64,000 nucleotides of DNA from Podarcis bocagei. Taxonomy: Eukaryota. The stretch lies in NCBI GenBank assembly GCA_964188305.1, contig OZ076889.1. One strand, written 5' to 3'. The notes under the pieces are model-generated. The model was not told the DNA's origin. It made no database searches and saw nothing but the letters and a program-made list of their open reading frames with translations. Below, in pieces: positions 13,720-26,520 of this stretch. Within the stretch, counting starts at the first letter, position 1, and the number at the start of each line of letters is the position of its first letter. A program made the translations under genes and the position numbers.

Positions 13720-15386
13720 CTCTAGGTCTTAGAATTAGATGCTTAGTCAGTGCACCAGTAGTGCAGACCTTTGGGGACAAACGTTGCTTAATAAAGTAAC
13801 GCAACTTTTTGAGGACAAAAGAATTAGGTACACCCATGATTCTATTAATCCACTTTCATAAGGGAGCTTGTTATGCCAGATAAACTTTTCAGCTTCCACC
13901 ACCTGTGACCTGATTCTGAGCTTTCAAATAGCAGCTTAAGAAGAATCTTGGAAGGTTGCGGTGAGACAAACCATGTTTTAGCCAATGAGCAAAGTCCTGC
14001 ACACAAGCTTTCTGGGAAAATAAGCAAGATATCCCACTAATGGGAAACATTAGGGAATGAGAAGATTCAAAGCTATGTTGGGGCGGTGGCGACGGGCCAC
14101 GGAATCCCATTATATAAAGAGCAGTTCTGCATAAACACAATCGGGACCAGGCTGTTAAATGACAAGCTCAACCTAATCAGTGAACAGTTTAAGCATGTTT
14201 ACATGGAAGTCTCACTGTATTCAGCGCAGTTTTAGCTAGCTTCTAGCTAGCAGTTTCTTGTGAAGTCGGTGCTACTCATGCATGCATATTCTAAGCAGTG
14301 CCCGCACAACAACATCAAAATGCTGCCCCAAATTGCTTTCCCATTCAGGCTACATACATCATATGCAGTGAAACCCTTGTCAAATTCACTGAAGTCAGGC
14401 TCCAGTTTATGGTAGAGCTGACAAGATGGTGGAGAGACTCTATGCAACTAGTTTCCCCTTCCAAAGACCAGCACTGGTGTGCAATGAAATACTTGCTCTT
14501 TTTTAAAAAAGCAACAACCTGACAAGGCTTTTCTCCAGTTTGGTCAGCTTCACCTGAGTACAGAGAAGGGAAACAGTAAAGGAAATGGCCCTGTCTCCGA
14601 AATCCTGTTGCAGAAAAGGAGGCGTAAGGGAGCCACACTTGCATCCAATAATTATGACCAAAGAGAGACTTCCATATAGGGGTTGAGAGGGAAAGTGGAA
14701 AAAGAGACACTCTCAAATGTATGGAAAAAGAGGTAGGCAGAGGATTAAAAATGCTCTTTATATAGGAAGTAGGCAGTTGGAATGTAATTGTAGCCCCACC
14801 TTCCTGCATGGTGAACTAAAACAAAGTCTGCAGATAAGCATTTCAAGAACTGCATCCATACAAACAGTGATGCTCATGGCCTCTCCAGACGTCTTTTGTA
14901 TTGTGCACTACTAATTATTTGTGCTCATTGACTGTGTTGGAGCAGTTATCCATGATCCTGCTTTCAATACTGTTTGTGCCTGCAAAAGATCTGGGGCAGT
15001 CATGCTGTTTTGCTTCAAACAGTCCATGTCCTGTCCATGTCCCTGCTGAAATCCTTTTCATGCCGCAAATGTTCTGTTGCTGTTTCCCCCCCACTTGTGT
15101 TGCACTGTGGTGTAATGGTGCCCCTTTAGACAGTAATAATCCAGTAACATTGAGGAAGCATCACTGAACAACTAATAAAGTGGGAAAATGAGTGGACGGT
15201 CCAGCATAAATCCATAAATCCACCACTGATGTACTATTATTGTGTCAATAACATTTTGTAGGATTCACCTGCTTTTTTTAAAATCACCAACTTGGAGTCA
15301 TAAGCATTTTAACAGACTCAAGTGAAATTAACCCTGGGACAGATTCTCCAACCAGCAGATAGTGCCATTCTCTCTATAGTTTAGGA

Positions 15387-15799
15387 CAGTGGTTTTCAAC
15401 CAGTGTGCCATGGGGTGTTTTGAACGATGGTCAGGGGTGCTGCAGGCAACACTAGCCTCTGTCCCTCCTTCCTTCCTTCCTTCCTTCCTTCCTTCCTTCC
15501 TTCCTTCCTTCCTTCCTTCCTTCCTCTGATGCCCTCTTGTGTCTCTGCCTCCCAAAGGCTTGCGGGGCTGTTTGTTGCAGCAGCCCTGGCTACAAGCTCC
15601 GCAGGCAAATGGTGCATCTCTCTTTAGGCAGGGGGACAGCTGAGAGACCAGGGACAGGACTCCCAAAGAGAGGGGAGAGGAGGCCTCCACAAAGGCGGGT
15701 CTTCGAAAAATGGTGAGGCTGCCAGCTCTGTAGGAAAGGGTGACATAACTGGGTTCCTGAGCCCCACAGGGGTGCCGCAAAAAAGGTTGAAAACCTCTG
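15387..15799. mobile_element. hAT-like MITE containing (TTCC)n; a partial relative lies at 61564-61725
   Basis: TIRs cagtggttttcaacc / ggttgaaaacctctg; no intact TSD; shared internal sequence with 61564. Confidence 0.75.
15466..15524. repeat. (TTCC)n microsatellite
   Basis: Read directly. Confidence 0.95.
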
Positions 15800-15864
15800 G
15801 ATGAAGAGCTGAATTCCACCTCCTGTCAATGGGGGTGAGGGCAGCTAAAATCTCTGAAAGATTC

Positions 15865-16386
15865 TTTTTTTATTTTTATTAAAGATTTTCTTGATTTACA
15901 GAAGTATGTGTAATGTCTCTCGTATTTTTCCCATGTAACATTTTTACAAATCAGTTTCATTTGTTGAGACATTAGGAAGAAAAGGGGTGGAGGGGGGGAA
16001 GATGGGTGGGGGTGGGGTGGGGTGGCGATGTTTCTATTTTCCTTAATGTATGTAGGGTTTGGTGTCAGTGTTGCTTGTGCAGGTTCTCTGCTGTTCACTT
16101 GTGTTCCTTTGGTGGTGAGAGAGGTTGGGGTTGGCCTAGGGTGTGGTTGTTTGTTTGTGATTGGCTGTGGTGGTCTTTGTTTTCGTGTGTGAGTGGGGTG
16201 GGTGGGTGTTTTGGATCAGGTTAGCCATATTGATTTGTATGCCGTTGGTGGATTATTGTCATTGTCTTGTTGGGCTGTGTATGTGATAAAGGGGAGCCAT
16301 ACCGGGGTGAAGGTGTCTTCTTCTGTTTGTCCCCATGTCAGTTTCAGTTTATTGGTTAATTTTTCTAGTAGGGCTGTTTCCCATAA
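15865..16386 (-). mobile_element. L1-clade LINE 3' end (ORF2 C-terminus, 3' UTR, poly-A)
   Basis: Minus strand WETALLEKLTNKLKL...DTFTPVWLPFITY is typical of non-mammalian L1 ORF2 ends, followed by a C/A-rich UTR and AATAAA/poly-A at about 15865-15880. Confidence 0.75.
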
Positions 16387-17008
16387 GGAAAAGTTGGCTT
16401 TTCCAGATTGTGCTCCTGCTCCAGTGCTCTCAGAGTCTATCTCTGCACCAAAGAGGAGCAATTTAAGCACCTAATATCACATGCAGAGGACCAGCAGACC
16501 CTGTTTTATGTAATCATGGCACAGCAGTTGCTTGACCTGGTGACACAACCTCTCACCCCTGTAAGCAGCGAATGGTTGTTTTTTTTTTAATGCACTGTGG
16601 CATCCCCTCAAAGCCCAAGTCAGAATCAGGTGGTGTTGCTTTTTTCCTGTGAGGCAAAGATTATATATGATAAGGCAGTTGGATCATCAGGTTTGTCTAT
16701 GCTAAAACTGAAGACAAGATACAACATGTACACGTGGGTGGGGAGGCCTGGATCAAGAACTGTTAAGATCATGCTGCAACATAAGCTAACAATGATGGTA
16801 TCAAGCTTATTTCACTATCTTATCCAACCGCAAGCTGGCTCTGCTTAAACATTTTCATGACAACTTTCCTTTCCCCTTTTCCACTGAGGAAAAGTGATCT
16901 TTGGCTGTCTTAGCCCACATACATGCTAACCTGTTTGTAGCATTAAAAAGTGTTTCTCAATATGAAATCGTTCATGCTTATCCTCAACATGCTCCTTTCA
17001 ATCTAGAG

Positions 17009-17601
17009 CAGTGGTTCCCAACCTTTTTCTGGCCATGCCCCCACCTAAGGTAAAGGGACCCCTGACCATTAGGTCCAGTCGTGACCGACTCTGGGGTTGC
17101 GGCGCTCATCTCGCTTTATTGGCCGAGGGAGCCAGCGTACAGCTTCCGGGTCATGTGGCCAGCATGACTAAGCTGCTTCTGGTGAACCAGAGCAGCACAC
17201 AGAAACGCCGTTTACCTTCCCACTGGAGTGGTACCTATTTATCTACTTGCACTTTGATGTGCTTTTGAACTGCTAGTTTGGCAGGAGCAGGGACCCAGCA
17301 ACGGGAGCTCACCCTGTCACAGGGATTCGAACCGCCGACCTTCTGATCAGCATGTCCTAGGCTCTGTGGTTTAACCCACAGAGCCACCTGCGTCCCAATG
17401 CCCCCACCTAAGCATCTCTAAAATCCTGATGCCTGCCCCCTCCCCCCATGACATATCATTCTTATTATTCAAAAAGTGAAGTCCTATTCACGCGGAGGCA
17501 GCCTAAAAGGCCATTCACTGTTAATAACTCATTCTAGAATTTCCCCCATTAAAAATAAATTTGCCCCCCGCGGGACGTGTGCCCCACATTGGGAACCACA
17601 G
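17009..17601. mobile_element. hAT MITE hosting the Sauria SINE
   Basis: TIRs cagtggttcccaa / ttgggaaccacag; perfect 8-bp TSD atctagag at 17001-17008 and 17602-17609. Confidence 0.9.
17050..17397 (-). mobile_element. Sauria SINE, full length, 15-bp TSD
   Basis: tRNA-like head (gggattcgaacc B box), Sauria core gggtcatgtggccagcatgactaagc, ACCTTT-type tail; TSD atgcccccacctaag at 17035-17049 and 17398-17412. Confidence 0.92.
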
Positions 17602-18211
17602 ATCTAGAGTGATTCTAGATCCTGCCATCCACAAGGGTGAATGTAGTTACTTGATACAACTTGAAAAGGTTACTCACACCTTTTCCTCCCTGCACGTTTC
17701 AGGTGAATGAAGAAGAAAGTGGTGACACACCCACCCACAAGATCACTGAGCAGGTGTGAATACGCCCGCCTCCCATTCTCTAGTGAACTGTCAGAGAAGC
17801 GGTCTCCTCACAAAGCCACAATTTTCAAGAGTGCCCTGGCAAGAGGGAATCATTGTTAAACTTCTCTGATAATTGTTGCTCTGTGGGGAATAGAGGTCCC
17901 CCAACAGCTGTTAGTACCCTTAACAAACTACAGTTTCCAGGATTATTTTGAGGAAGCCATGTGTGTTTAAAGTGCTATGAGACTGTTTCAAATGTATAGT
18001 GCAGACTGAGTCCTTGAAGAGTCTCTGGCAGAGTAGGCAGTGGACCAATTGTCTGACTCAATATAAGGCAGCTTCATGTGTTCACCCTGACTTGTATGCT
18101 GAACATTCTCCAGGACGTGGTGAACCACAATGACTTAGTGGGCATTGAGAAGACCAGCTGCTATGAGAAAAAGAATAGCTCACAACTGCTCCATCATGCA
18201 GTCATCACTAT

Positions 18212-19287
18212 GCTCTTCAGTCTGAGCAGGCTGAAAGCAAAGAGTAAGGTTACTGTAACTTCCGTCATAGAGCTTCAGTATGCTGAGGACAACGTAGTGT
18301 GCGCTCAGAGGATGACCTCCAAACCATCCAAAATATCTTTGCAGAAGCTTACGAAAAGCTTGGCCTATCACTCAACATCCAAAAAACCAAAGTGCTGTAC
18401 CAACAAGTACAAACTAATCCCTCCGCAGTGCCACAAATCCAACTCAATGGTGTAACGTTGGAAAATGTAGATCACTTCTCCTACCTAGGCAGTTATCTTT
18501 CCACAAGGGCCAACATTAATGCCGAAATCCAGCATCGCCTGAGCTCTGTGAGTGCGGCTTTTTCCTGATTGAAGTGCAGAGTGTTTGAGGACCGGGACAT
18601 TTGCAGAGAAAGCAAAATGCTTGTTTACAAAGCTATTGTACTACCAACCTTACTATATGCTTGTGAAACATGGACCACTTATAAACACCATCTCCAACTC
18701 CTCGAAAGATTCCATCAACGGTGTCTCCGAACATTTTTACACATCACTTGGGAAGACAGGTGAACTAATACCAGTGTACTGGAAGAAGCAAAGGTCACCA
18801 TTGTTGAAGCAATGATTCTTCAACATCAACTTCATTGGACTGGTCATGTTGTGTGGATGCCTGATTATTGTCTTCCAAAGCAACTACTCTATTTTGAACT
18901 TACAAATGGAAAGCGTAATGCTGGTGGTCAACAAAAGAGGTTTAAAGACTGTCTCAAGGCAAATCTAAAAAAATGTAGCATAAACACTGATAACTGGGAA
19001 ACACTGGCCTGCGAGTGTTCCAGTTGGAGAACAGCCTTTACCAAAGGAGTCATGGGCTTTGAAGACACTCAAACGCAGGTCGCAAGGGAGAAACATGCTA
19101 GGAGAAAGGCACGCTTGGCAAATCCACACTGTGATCAACTCCTGCCCGGAAACCAATGTCCCCATTGTGGAAGGACGTGTGGATCCAGAATTGGCCTCTA
19201 CAGTCACTTATGGACTCACTGCTAAAACTGTGTTTATGAAAGGCAATCTTACTCGGCTACGAGTGATCGCCAAAGAAAGAAGAAGAA
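18212..19287 (+). mobile_element. RTE-clade LINE (non-BovB), 5'-truncated and degenerate
   Basis: LFSLSRLKAKSKV...LQYAED...GLSLNIQKTKVL...FSYLGS...LLYACETWT...GGQQKRFKD...CPHCGRTCGSRIGLYSHL (C-terminal Zn motif); several stops and frameshifts; (GAA)n tail. Confidence 0.9.
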
Positions 19288-20339
19288 TGTAAAAACAAGT
19301 GTGTGAATCATCCTTTTTTTTCTAGCTCCAACAAAGGCTGTAGTCAAAGATTTTCTGAAAATCTCAGTGATTACTATCAAACTGATATTGGCTGGACAAA
19401 TAAAGAAATAATATAGCAAAATTATTTCTGGACTGCAGATGGGATATTGTGTGCTTGACTATTCCTCCATGGGAATGGGGAAGAAATAATCAAAGGTTAA
19501 AAACAAACACACACTAGAAGCCATCTTCTTGACTTCTAAATTTCTGTTTTCGGGTATTATTTTAAAAGTGGAGGAGAATTCAGTCATGTAATTCCCCACG
19601 CAACAGCAGTCTAATGGAAGTATAGTTACCTGGACTTCCTGTTATCTGCTACTGATGGGCTGGGTTTTTATTTTTTCTTATCTATAATCTGAACTTTGTT
19701 TGGCTTTCTTCTTTATTTGGTAACTGGTTTTTAACATTTTGTATGAATTGCTGTGAATCTTTCAAATTGATGTGCACTGTATTGTGAAGGAAAAATGACC
19801 CCCCCCAAAGAGGAAACGTGGAGGTGCCCTGCAAAGTAGGGGGGGAGTTCAATAATGATAGGTTCAAATATTTTAAGACAAGTCCTTTGCACTGGGCCCT
19901 AGATTTCCTAGCCACCCTTTCTTAAACATGAAAAAAGTTTTTGAAAACAACAACTTTGCATTCAAGGCAGTGATCATGCTGCAAAGTGCGAGCCACTCAC
20001 CGTCTTAATTTGCTCAGAGATCTAAATTTGCATCCATTCATACACATTAGCATTTGCAAAGTCTATGCAAATCTGCATCATGAGCCTGTTCCGAGAGTCC
20101 TTTTAAAGACCTAGCAACGCCCTTACTTACGTAGTACTGTAGCATAAAGCTGCGGCGATTGAAAGGAAGCAGTATCGAGCTTTATTTTGTTTTTACCTGC
20201 TTGCTGTGCTTGTTTTAAACTGCGCAGCTCCTTGCTAAGCCCTATACATGGAGAACAGTATACCAGAAGTACAGTTTCCACTTCACAATCCCTCCCCCCA
20301 AAAAGGTGGTTAGAAGCTACACTTTAGAAATAAACGCTG

Positions 20340-21730
20340 GGGTTTCATTCCCCCGTCCCAGAACTTTGGCGGGGCGTTGCTGTTGCCGGAACTGCAACAA
20401 CTTCACTCCGAGCCGCAGCCGCTCGCTTTGGGGCTCGTACGCCCACGTGAGATCCTACCTGGGGGAGCGAGCCCCGTCGAGCAAAGGGGGGGGGCTCGCT
20501 CCCGCAGAAACGCGCCGCGTGCCTGCGTAAAACAAGTGCCTCGCTTTCCCGGTGCCAGATGTGGAAGGCCGATGCGCACGCCGCGTGCGTAAAAACCTTT
20601 ATTTCCTAACCTAACCCCACCCCCAGGGTCCGAGCGTTGTTGGGGGACACAGAGCCTGGATCGGCGGGGGAAGCAAGCGGCGGACCCACGCAGCCGGCGA
20701 GGCTGGCTTTTCCTGTGGCTTGACTTGGGACACTTCTCCCAGTTGGGCGAGGGAGTGCAACGCGCCGAGCTCCGCCCCTTTGCGCGAACTCCCGCTGCCG
20801 CCTGCTCGGCTAAGCCGCCGCTCAGAAGCCTTGCGCTTGGTGGCGAGGCGGGCGGGCGAGCGAGCGAGCGAGCGAGCACATCCCCGAGGGAAGCGGCCAG
20901 GTCGGAGCCCGGGGTCGCCGGGCCGCTCTCCTGCCCTCTCTCCGCGTATGGCTCTCGGCAAGTAAGCGCGCTCGCTCCTCCCTCCTTCCCGGGATCGCCC
21001 GGGCTATCATGCGCGCCTCTCGGTGGGCTCTCCAGGACAGCTCGCCGGCCAAGTGATCGGTCCCTCCGCGGCGCGCTCGGCTGCCCCTTCCTTTTTAATG
21101 CGCGGCTCTTTCGGCCGGCCGCCTCTCCCGCCGCCGCTGCCCAGCCCGCCGGCTCCCTGGCTCTGCCCCCTGTGACGGAGATGCGCGCGGCGGGGTGGTT
21201 CAAGCGGCGGGCGGCGGAGGCGGCTGCCGCCCGGCTGCTGGTGTGGCTCCTCTTGGGCGCCTGGGCTGTGGAGCTGCGCTGCGCCCTGGCCGACTTCACG
21301 CTGGAGAACGAGGTGCACTCGAGCTTCATCCACCGGAGGCTCCGCAGCCAGGAGCGCCGGGAGATGCAGCGGGAGATCCTCTCCATCCTGGGCTTGCCCC
21401 ACCGGCCGAGGCCCCATCTGCACGGCAAGCACAACTCGGCGCCCATGTTCATGCTGGACCTCTACAATGCCATGTCGGTGGAGGAGGAGGGCGCCGGAGC
21501 CAGCGACGGCGGAGAGGGCTACTCGTACCCTTACAAGCCCATCTTCAGCACCCAGGGGCCGCCCCTGGCCAGCCTGCAGGACAGCAACTTCCTCACCGAG
21601 GCCGACATGGTCATGAGCTTCGTCAACATGGGTGAGTCGCTTGGCTGGCAGGGAGAGGGAGAAGGGGCTTGGGGAACACTTGGGAGATGGAAGGACACTT
21701 CCTCGTGTGGCCTCCGGGAAGCCAGGAGGA
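20340..21730. promoter_or_regulatory. CpG island covering the BMP7 promoter, 5' UTR and exon 1
   Basis: Sharp rise in GC and CpG density against a CpG-depleted background; GC boxes (gggcgg/ccgccc) and a (GCGA)n run near 20857-20878. TSS not determinable from sequence. Confidence 0.88.
21181..21631 (+). CDS. BMP7: Bone morphogenetic protein 7, coding exon 1 (signal peptide plus N-terminal prodomain; 150 codons + 1 nt, phase-1 intron)
   Basis: Translation contains ...LRCALA|[61 protein letters not shown]...[37 protein letters not shown], matching the BMP7 prodomain (more specifically than BMP5/6/8). It ends at G|GTGAGT (donor at 21632), the position where vertebrate BMP7 exon 1 ends. ATG context ggagATGc. 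Confidence 0.96.
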
Positions 21731-24700
21731 ACCCGTGGGATGGTGAGGCCAAGTGGCTGGCACTGGCAATGCAAGGGCATAGCAGCCCAGGCCTGGCATC
21801 CTGGGCAGTTCCTGTGGCATCCATGAACCACCCTGTAGGGCCTGTTTGGGCAGACACCTGCAGCAGGCAAGAGCCATTTCCCCCAATGCCGCCCCCAATA
21901 GTGGTACTCCAGGGCATTGTGGGAAATTGCAGTGACCCAGCGGGATGGCCCCCCATGAGAGGACATCTCTTCAGACATGGAGCTAATCTTTTTTAAAAAA
22001 ACAACAACCCCGCTTGAACTGACCTGGAACTATTTATTACTATCTCTTCAGTGTTTGTCCTGGCTTAAGATTCTGCCTCTTCACCCAGAAGTATTAGACT
22101 GGGCTTTAAAAATATTAACGCTCCACTGAAGCACCTTTTGAGGAACCCTCTAGTTACACGTATGAGACAGCTGTTAAAGGAAGGGTTTAGTGCAGCACTT
22201 CTGAAGTGTTTTGATCTCCACCCCCAAAAAAGTTTATTTTAATTTCTGGGATTCCCCCATCCTTGCACCAACCATCAGGACAGCAATCCTTGGTGTGCCA
22301 TTCTTGTGTGCCTGCAGCCTGCTTGGGGTTCTTACCCAACACTGGCATTTGGAAAGGCGGTGGTGTTTGAAAAGTAGATTTATGATGCCTCTCAAATCTG
22401 CAAGCAGGGAAACATAACAAATTAGTGAGTCTTTGCTAATTGGGCTGGATGATGGAGCAAGTGGAGGAACTGCTATCCTCACAAATCCAATGTGAATCAG
22501 TTATGATCCCCTTCTAAGGGACATTCACCCTACCAGTGTGTCTAGAATACTGAGAGAAGGATGGGTCCCTCCTCAGGATCCTGTCCCTCCTTATAACTTT
22601 CTATCCCTCCTAGGGCTAGGTGATCCATACTCAACAAGGGTGGTGGTGTCCCACATTGTGAGAGCCATTAATTTAACATGTAACCTGTCAGTGCCGAGTG
22701 ATCTTCAGATATGTGCTTTTGCTTATTACTGAGTGTTTCTAGGATAGCCACCTGAAATACTTTTCCAAGGCCAAAGGTTTGGGCCACCAGCTGTCTTCAG
22801 CCCTTTCCCTGCAAAGAGAGCACTCATAGATTCACTTTAAGGCTGCAATCGTATGCACACTAACTTGGGAGTGAGTGGTGCTTGAATGCATAGGACCAAG
22901 ATGCATGGCAAACCATGGCATATTCAAAAGGTAGATTAACCACTGAGTAGCAAATAGAGCCCTTTGGGTTCCATGCTTGCAACAGCCAACGTGGATTGCA
23001 AGCATCAACTGAAACCTTCACCAATGAGGATGGATTTTTAAAAGATGAGGAAATTGCATCATTTTACTGTGTACAAGTGCTTAGAGCCTGGAGGTTACAG
23101 AATCTTGTGTGTGGGCCCCTAATTATACTTTAATGTACATGTTTTGGTACCCAGTTCACAGTAGGGGTGGGGTACTTATCTAGCTCTTTAAAAATCAAGT
23201 AAAACAGGGAGGGGTATGGTGCTGCTATGGGGTAATTTAACCTAGAATAAAGACCTTTGTGACTAATTTAGGATTGTGAGAATAATTCCATATGCATGTG
23301 CTGAAAGAGTAATCATTTCTTTTCTTTTACTATGGAAGTACTGTATGGACAAAGTGTTCTTATGGAAAACAGCTCTGTATCAAGAAGTCTTCAGAACTAG
23401 CTATAAAAAGGTGGTTCTCAGTTGTAGTTGCAACTGTGATGATTGATTATGTGGTGTTGTTAATTGTCGATTAATTAATCTCAATTAGTGTCATCTTGTA
23501 AATGCACTTGGGAGCTGGCTCAGAGACATTTGCTGTGGCGACTTAGAACTCCTTGCTTCGCCTCCCAATCTTGTTTTGTTGTCTTTGCTGCTGCCTGAAC
23601 AGGAATGCCATGATGTCCATCTTTATTTCTTCGCTTTAGCAGTGTTTGTCTGCATTTTGCCGTGAGGGTAGTTCAGACTTGGGAACCTGAACTGCAGCAG
23701 GCCACAGACTGCAACGTGTAACAGATGAAGGGGCTTAAACCACCTTTGAATAACTGCAACATTGCTGGTGCTGCTGTAAATGGAGAAGTACTGGTGGGAA
23801 AGGAGACACACACAGGCAGTATTTAAGCTTCTCCAAAGAGCCAGTTTTTGTGGGATTGCTTGTGGGGTTTCAGTTCTTTTTCAGGCTGCAGCCCCCAAAC
23901 CCTTTACTTTAGAGGGATCCTATTTAGACCAGTGGGAGAACTCTGCAGTAAGTGGGTTGTGATCTTAATGACCCCAAGAAACGTTCTCTAGTAAATCCTC
24001 ATTTGCTGCTCTTTCTAATGAGCTAGCCTGGGTTGCCAGCCCGTGCTCTTTTGGTGAGCACATGTGGATGGGTTTATGCAAATTAAATGGAAGTTGTCAC
24101 TTTTCGGCTTGCGGTTGGCTGAGCCTTTTTAATGGGATGTGGTCCTCCAATGGGGATTTCTCTTTGTGTGCTATGGGTCAGAATAAACTGGCTGGATTTG
24201 AGTAGAACACTCTCAGGGGCAAGCTGTCTATTTAAAATATATAATTATAGGCACCAGTTTTGCTGTATCTGTTTTTAGCCTGTGTCACATGCATCTGTGA
24301 AACCACCGCATGTACAGATTGCAACTCTGTGAATCCAGACCAAATCCAAACAGAAGTTCAGAACAGCCAAGAGCTTTAAACGCAGCCCCAGGCTCCCCCC
24401 ACTGCCCTCTACTCTGCAGCTCACATTTTAAACAAGAAGGGACTCCCTGGGAATTGGAAGGGACACACCCTTTGAATATGAAATGATAATCTGACTCATG
24501 TTTGTTGTTGTGTTTATGCGCTCTTTTGCTTAAGATTTCATGATTGTCCAAATGACCACAAAGTAAGACTGTTGATGATAAAATGATGGTTTTGGAAGAG
24601 TCTTGTGAATAGTCTGCTGGGAGATAAAAGGCTAAAGAGGTGCCACTTCTAAGTAGACCTGGGTTGGGGGTGTCAAATCGCCACCCCCAGGCCTCTTCAG

Positions 24701-26064
24701 GACTTTTCTGAGGTCATACCTCTTATCTCCAGGCCAGATCCTTCAGTAACCCTGCTCTGTATTGCCTAGGTAGAATGTTTCCTTTAACTGCGATGATGCT
24801 GGCTTGGATCAATGGCAGCAAGATGGGTGTGGGTGTATGCACTATACAAAAGTTAGAGGCATGCCCACTTTTGCCTCTGGTCCTGCTCATCACTTGAATG
24901 TGGCCCCCAGAAGGTTGTCTATGATAGTATGTGGCTCTTGGGCTGACAAGGGTTCTGCACCTCTGCTTTAGACATTGTCGCTGAACCCGTATGGAACTCC
25001 ATTGTTGGGAATCCTTTGTAAAACTTGGGTCTGGTAAGGAAAAACCCCATACTGAGCTGAGCGTCTGAACCAAGATTATTCTTCTCTGTACAGAAATCAA
25101 GTATGCTAGTAAAAGAGAATTGCCAGGAGCTTGCCATTTTATGTATGTCATCATTTGTACACTGGGTGATATACATCTGATCTTTGTAATCATTCCACCC
25201 CCTCTTTGATGCAGAAAGATCATGGCAACTGGGTGCACGCACACTGGCGACCATGTGAACCTGCACGCAGTTGTTTATAAACGTGTGTGTGTGTGTAGAT
25301 ACATGCGCATAAACCCAGAGAGAGCCAAAATGTTCAGGCACACTTTCTAAATCCAGGAAAACCAGGACGAACTTATAAACAGTGAAACTCAATTCATAGA
25401 ATCATAGGATAGCTCAGTCTGCAGAGCATGAGACTTTAATCTCAAACCAATCCTGTGCAAGCTTTCTCTGAACTAAAACACTTCTGTGTTCAGAGGAAAG
25501 TGGTCCCACATAAGTGAGCAAAGGATTGCAAGACTTAGAGCTGCTTTGCATATACACATCCGTCCCTTGGTGGCTGCAGCAGCGTCAAGCAAGGACTTGT
25601 TTGTGTCATTGTTGAACACCACAGATAGAACTGTAGTATTTTGTTCAATCAATTCCTTGCTTTTCCATGGAACTGCTCAGCTGTATCAGATGGTGAGCAA
25701 TCAAGAGATGCAAATGAATGAATGAAATAGCTCACATTTTCCATTGTTTATCTCAGGGGTGGGGAACCTCTTTCAGCCCAAGAGGCACATTCCATCCTGG
25801 GCAGCCTTTCAGGGGCCACATACAAGTGGTGGGCGTGGCCAGAGGTAAAGTGGGCATAACAACAGGTGTGACTCTTACCTTTGTAATGGTAGGCTATTTT
25901 CCAGCATGCGAAAGTCAGAGATTTCTGCATGCACATACACCGCTCCCCGCCCCTCAATTCTCGGTCTTACACCTAGGCAAGTAGAGGCATTACTGCAGTT
26001 CAAGTATATATCCCATCCTAGGAGAGTCACTTGAGGAGGTTTCAGGGCAGCAACAGTGTGGTGT

Positions 26065-26201
26065 GAATTGTAGAGTTGGAATAGCCCATGAGCATCATCT
26101 AGTCCATCTCTCTGCAATGCAGGAGTCTTTTGCCCAACACTGGGCTCAAACCCACGACCCTGAGATTTAAGAGTCTCATGCTCTACTGACTGAGCTATCC
26201 C
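26065..26201 (-). mobile_element. tRNA-Lys/CR1-tail SINE
   Basis: Reverse-complement copy of 33029-33171. Confidence 0.8.
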
Positions 26202-26299
26202 AGCAGTTAAGTGTGCAGCTTGAGGAGAGGGGATCTTAGATAAAGGTTATATAAAAATAAGAACATAAGGAGAGCCTTGCTGGATCAATCCCTTTCCCA

Positions 26300-26520
26300 A
26301 TAACCTTTAACGTGAAATTTGTTATTTTACTGCCCATTCACACAGTTTGGAAATACCATTTTGGAGCTCATTGCAATCCACCTTTCTTTTAAACTACTTT
26401 GAATAAATTTGTATCAACAGCAAACTTTGCTACCTCTCTGCTCACCCCTTAACTCTAGATCATTTATGAACAAGTTAAAAAGCACAGGTCCTAATACCAG
26501 TCCTGGGGGGGGGGGGGTGA
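26300..26520 (-). mobile_element. Old CR1 RT fragment
   Basis: Reverse complement resembles the QGSVLGP-LFNLFINDL-KFA(D)DT region. Confidence 0.65.

Noticed and set aside
18082-18211. Captured host exon fused in frame to the RTE fragment
   Set aside because: No recognisable homology and no TSD; cannot be distinguished from ordinary flank.
1-20000. Exons of a neighbouring gene upstream of BMP7
   Set aside because: No ORF-track peptide resembles a known host protein; short exons could still be missed.
20403-21978. Long antisense ORFs (349 and 323 aa) over exon 1
   Set aside because: Expected from stop-codon scarcity in a CpG island and opposite a coding strand; no recognisable domain.
20725-21996. 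423-aa ORF as the full BMP7 protein
   Set aside because: It starts at TTG in the GC-rich leader and reads through the donor at 21632 into the intron; only 21181-21631 resembles BMP7.
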